Shown one piece after another: positions 15,850-17,752 of a stretch of DNA of 17,752 bases. The notes beneath the pieces are model-generated. The model ran no database searches. It was not told the origin of the DNA and saw only the letters and a program-made list of their open reading frames with translations. Within the stretch, counting starts at the first letter, position 1. Every line of letters starts with the position of its first letter. Position numbers and translations under genes: made by a program. The DNA comes from Nitrospirota bacterium (GTDB lineage Bacteria; Nitrospirota; UBA9217), in contig CAVVOB010000031.1 in assembly GCA_963749655.1 (NCBI GenBank), positions 1-17,752 of the forward strand, written 5' to 3'.

Positions 15850-15955
15850 CAGCGGTCCTTTCGTGAGTGCGGCATCTGGCTGCTGCAGGTTTGCGGCTGA
15901 CTGCAGGTAAGATTCCAGGAGATCAGCGGCGACTCTTCACCGACCATGCATTCGG

Positions 15956-16426
15956 TCAGTAATGATACGTTTTGCCTTTTACGATCGTAAACGCCCGGTA
16001 AAGCTGTTCGAGCAGGACCAGCCGCGCCATTTCATGGGTCAAGGTCAATTGCGACAGCGCTATCGTGGTATTTGCCCTTTCCGTCACGGATTCATCGAGG
16101 CCCATCGCACCGCCGATGACGAATGCCGCTTCCCTGACTCCCGATTCCCCTGCCTTGTTCAGAAATTCGGCGAAACCATGAGAGGAGAATTCCCTGCCCC
16201 GCTCATCGAGGGCAATCATCAGCGCGCCGGGAGGAACGGCCCGGATGATACGTTCCGCCTCTTTCTTCCTGATGAGCGGCGCGTCCTTGAGGTCCGTGAT
16301 CCGCTCTTCCTTCAGTTCCCTGATTTCGGTATCCGCATAGGGTTTCAGGTATCGCAGGTATTTGGCGATGCCCTCCTGGATGAAGCGTTCCCTGGTCTTC
16401 CCCATACAGAAAATGCGCAGCTTCAT
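15956..16426 (-). CDS. rlmH: 23S rRNA (pseudouridine1915-N3)-methyltransferase RlmH
   Basis: [10 protein letters not shown]...IALDERGREFSS..FA...FVIGGAMGL...LSQLTLTHEMARLVLLEQLYRAFTIVKGKTYH. ATG 16426 overlaps the rsfS stop (ATGA). Confidence 0.96.
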   Translation of the reverse strand: MKLRIFCMGKTRERFIQEGIAKYLRYLKPYADTEIRELKEERITDLKDAPLIRKKEAERIIRAVPPGALMIALDERGREFSSHGFAEFLNKAGESGVREAAFVIGGAMGLDESVTERANTTIALSQLTLTHEMARLVLLEQLYRAFTIVKGKTYHY

Positions 16427-16800
16427 GAAGATGCGCTGGTCAGCGTCCTGGCTCTCTGGGAAGCAGGTATTCTCGGAGCATCTCCCCAGAGTTTTTCCAG
16501 GCAGTAAAATTGCCGGGTTTGTTCTTCGAAGATGTGCACAACGACATCGCCGAAATCCATTAGGACCCAATGCGAATCGGCCCCTCCTTCCACATGGGAA
16601 GGATGAACCCCGTCCTTGGCAAGAACATGGCCGATCTCATCGGCGATGGCGCCCACCTGAGTGGTGCTGCCCCCCGAGCATATCACGAAATAGTCGGTAA
16701 TATAGGTCAGCTGCCGGAGATCGAGAATAAGGATATCGAATGCCTTTTTTGCGTCCGCTGCTTCCGCACAGATCTGTGAGACGTCTTGTGAGTTAAACAT
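16423..16800 (-). CDS. rsfS: Ribosome silencing factor RsfS
   Basis: [11 protein letters not shown]...[16 protein letters not shown]...[20 protein letters not shown]...[16 protein letters not shown] 16800 overlaps the reconstructed nadD stop; standard nadD-rsfS-rlmH order. Confidence 0.95.
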   Translation of the reverse strand: MFNSQDVSQICAEAADAKKAFDILILDLRQLTYITDYFVICSGGSTTQVGAIADEIGHVLAKDGVHPSHVEGGADSHWVLMDFGDVVVHIFEEQTRQFYCLEKLWGDAPRIPASQRARTLTSASS

Positions 16801-17453
16801 ATAGCCTGTTTTCAATTATATAGGTTTCAACCGCATCAGGCAAGAGATATTTAATGCTCTTGCCCGCTTTCACCCGTCGGCGGATGTCGGTTGATGAAAT
16901 ATCGCAAAGCGGGATCTTCTCGCAGTAAATTGTGAACGTCCCCGCCCGGATCACTGCCTGCTGCAGATCTCCTGCGTCAAGGCAACTCAGTTCGTGAACG
17001 GCGTTCTTGCATGAAGTCGATCTTTTTCAGATCTGCGAAGCGATATCCCGGCCGTGAAAGCACGACGAACCGGCACTGCGACAAAAGTTTTTCCCAGCGG
17101 CTCCATGTCCGGATTTCAAGAAAGGAATCCAGACCGGTAATAAAATAAAGATCCGCACCCCCATGGATCTGGCGGAGTAGTTCTATGGTATCGACGGTGT
17201 AGGATTTTCCACCCCGCCTGATCTCGATGTCCGAAAGCTCAAAAACGGGATTGCCCGCTGTCGCGATGCGGACCATCTCCATCCTGTGGAGAGCTGACGG
17301 GACCTCTTCGTCCTGTTTGTGCGGAGGGATTGCAGACGGAATAAAGAGTATCCGCTCAAGCTGCAGGCGGGCGCGAACTTCTTCTGCCGCGGCGAGATGA
17401 CCGGAATGAATAGGATTGAATGTGCCCCCGAGAATGCCAAGTCGTAACGCCAA
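16793..17453 (-). pseudogene. nadD: Nicotinate-nucleotide adenylyltransferase NadD, frameshifted near 17005-17012 (possibly a sequence error)
   Basis: TTG start with GGAGG RBS; GILGGTFNPIHSGH, PPHK, SYTVDT, FITGLDS, W..W. The frame stops at 16977, but the +1 frame continues ...[40 protein letters not shown] to 16793. The span of 661 nt is 220 codons plus 1. Confidence 0.92.
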
Positions 17454-17469
17454 ACTGCCTCCGGTATGA

Positions 17470-17555
17470 ATTTCGGATTTCGAATTGCGAATTCGGATTG
17501 GTAAAACAAATCTCTCGGGCTTTTACATTCGCAATCCGAATTCCGCAATCCGCAT
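17470..17555. repeat. Inverted arrays of degenerate heptamer repeats (ATTTCGG/ATTGCGA vs AATCCGC/AATCCGA)
   Basis: Left arm ATTTCGG ATTTCGA ATTGCGA ATTCGG ATTG; right arm ATTCGC AATCCGA ATTCCGC AATCCGC. GAATTCGGATTG (17489-17500) is the exact reverse complement of 17532-17543. Confidence 0.8.
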
Positions 17556-17752
17556 TATTTTCTGATCTGTCCGTTCCCGGACACGATAAATTTCGTGGAG
17601 GTCAGCTCCTCCAGTCCCATGGGGCCCCGCGCGTGGATACGCGTCGTGGAAATGCCGATCTCGGCGCCGAGGCCGAACTCGAACCCGTCGTTGAGCCGCG
17701 TGGAGGCGTTCACGAAAACAGCCGATGCGTCGACTTCGCGCTGGAACCGAGT
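17555..17752 (-). CDS. proA: Gamma-glutamyl phosphate reductase, 3' end (partial)
   Basis: Manual translation (not in the ORF track): [65 protein letters not shown], the ProA C-terminal signature. Confidence 0.97.
   Translation of the reverse strand, partial: TRFQREVDASAVFVNASTRLNDGFEFGLGAEIGISTTRIHARGPMGLEELTSTKFIVSGNGQIRK

Noticed and set aside
2188-16779. The many other plus-strand and alternative-frame ORFs (e.g. 2872..3609, 5362..6180, 7359..8057, 9933..10610, 11048..11608, 13556..14092, 15962..16507)
   Set aside because: All overlap well-supported minus-strand genes and show no family motifs; they are shadow ORFs.
17183-17548. 121-aa minus-strand ORF
   Set aside because: Starts inside the heptamer repeat (IRNPK-type translation) and overlaps nadD out of frame.
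17470-17555. CRISPR array or intrinsic terminator
   Set aside because: The units are 6-7 nt with no spacers, there are no cas genes, and no U-tract follows the hairpin on the coding strand.

Overview
A ~55% GC chromosomal window with every real gene on the minus strand. Gene content suggests a diderm anaerobe such as Nitrospirota or Desulfobacterota (inference only). In transcription order (right to left): (1) a housekeeping run of proA (3' end), nadD (split by a 1-nt frameshift), rsfS, rlmH, a LapA/LapB-like TPR/rubredoxin protein, gpmI and comF; (2) a self-contained seven-gene cluster (3579-11731) with its own sigma70 promoters and a terminal terminator, in which every product looks exported: two LPP20/FlgP-like paralogues, a TPR+SLH lipoprotein, a transglutaminase-like enzyme with an intact Cys-His-Asp triad, a DUF799-like/LolA-fold fusion lipoprotein, a CsgG-like/FlgT_C-like lipoprotein and a FecR-domain protein; (3) an iron-uptake operon fur-feoB-(DtxR-like/FeoA fusion) behind a near-consensus promoter and a Fur box. 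The seven-gene envelope cluster is the best candidate for an undescribed system. Domain names come from recognising motifs by eye, not from database searches.
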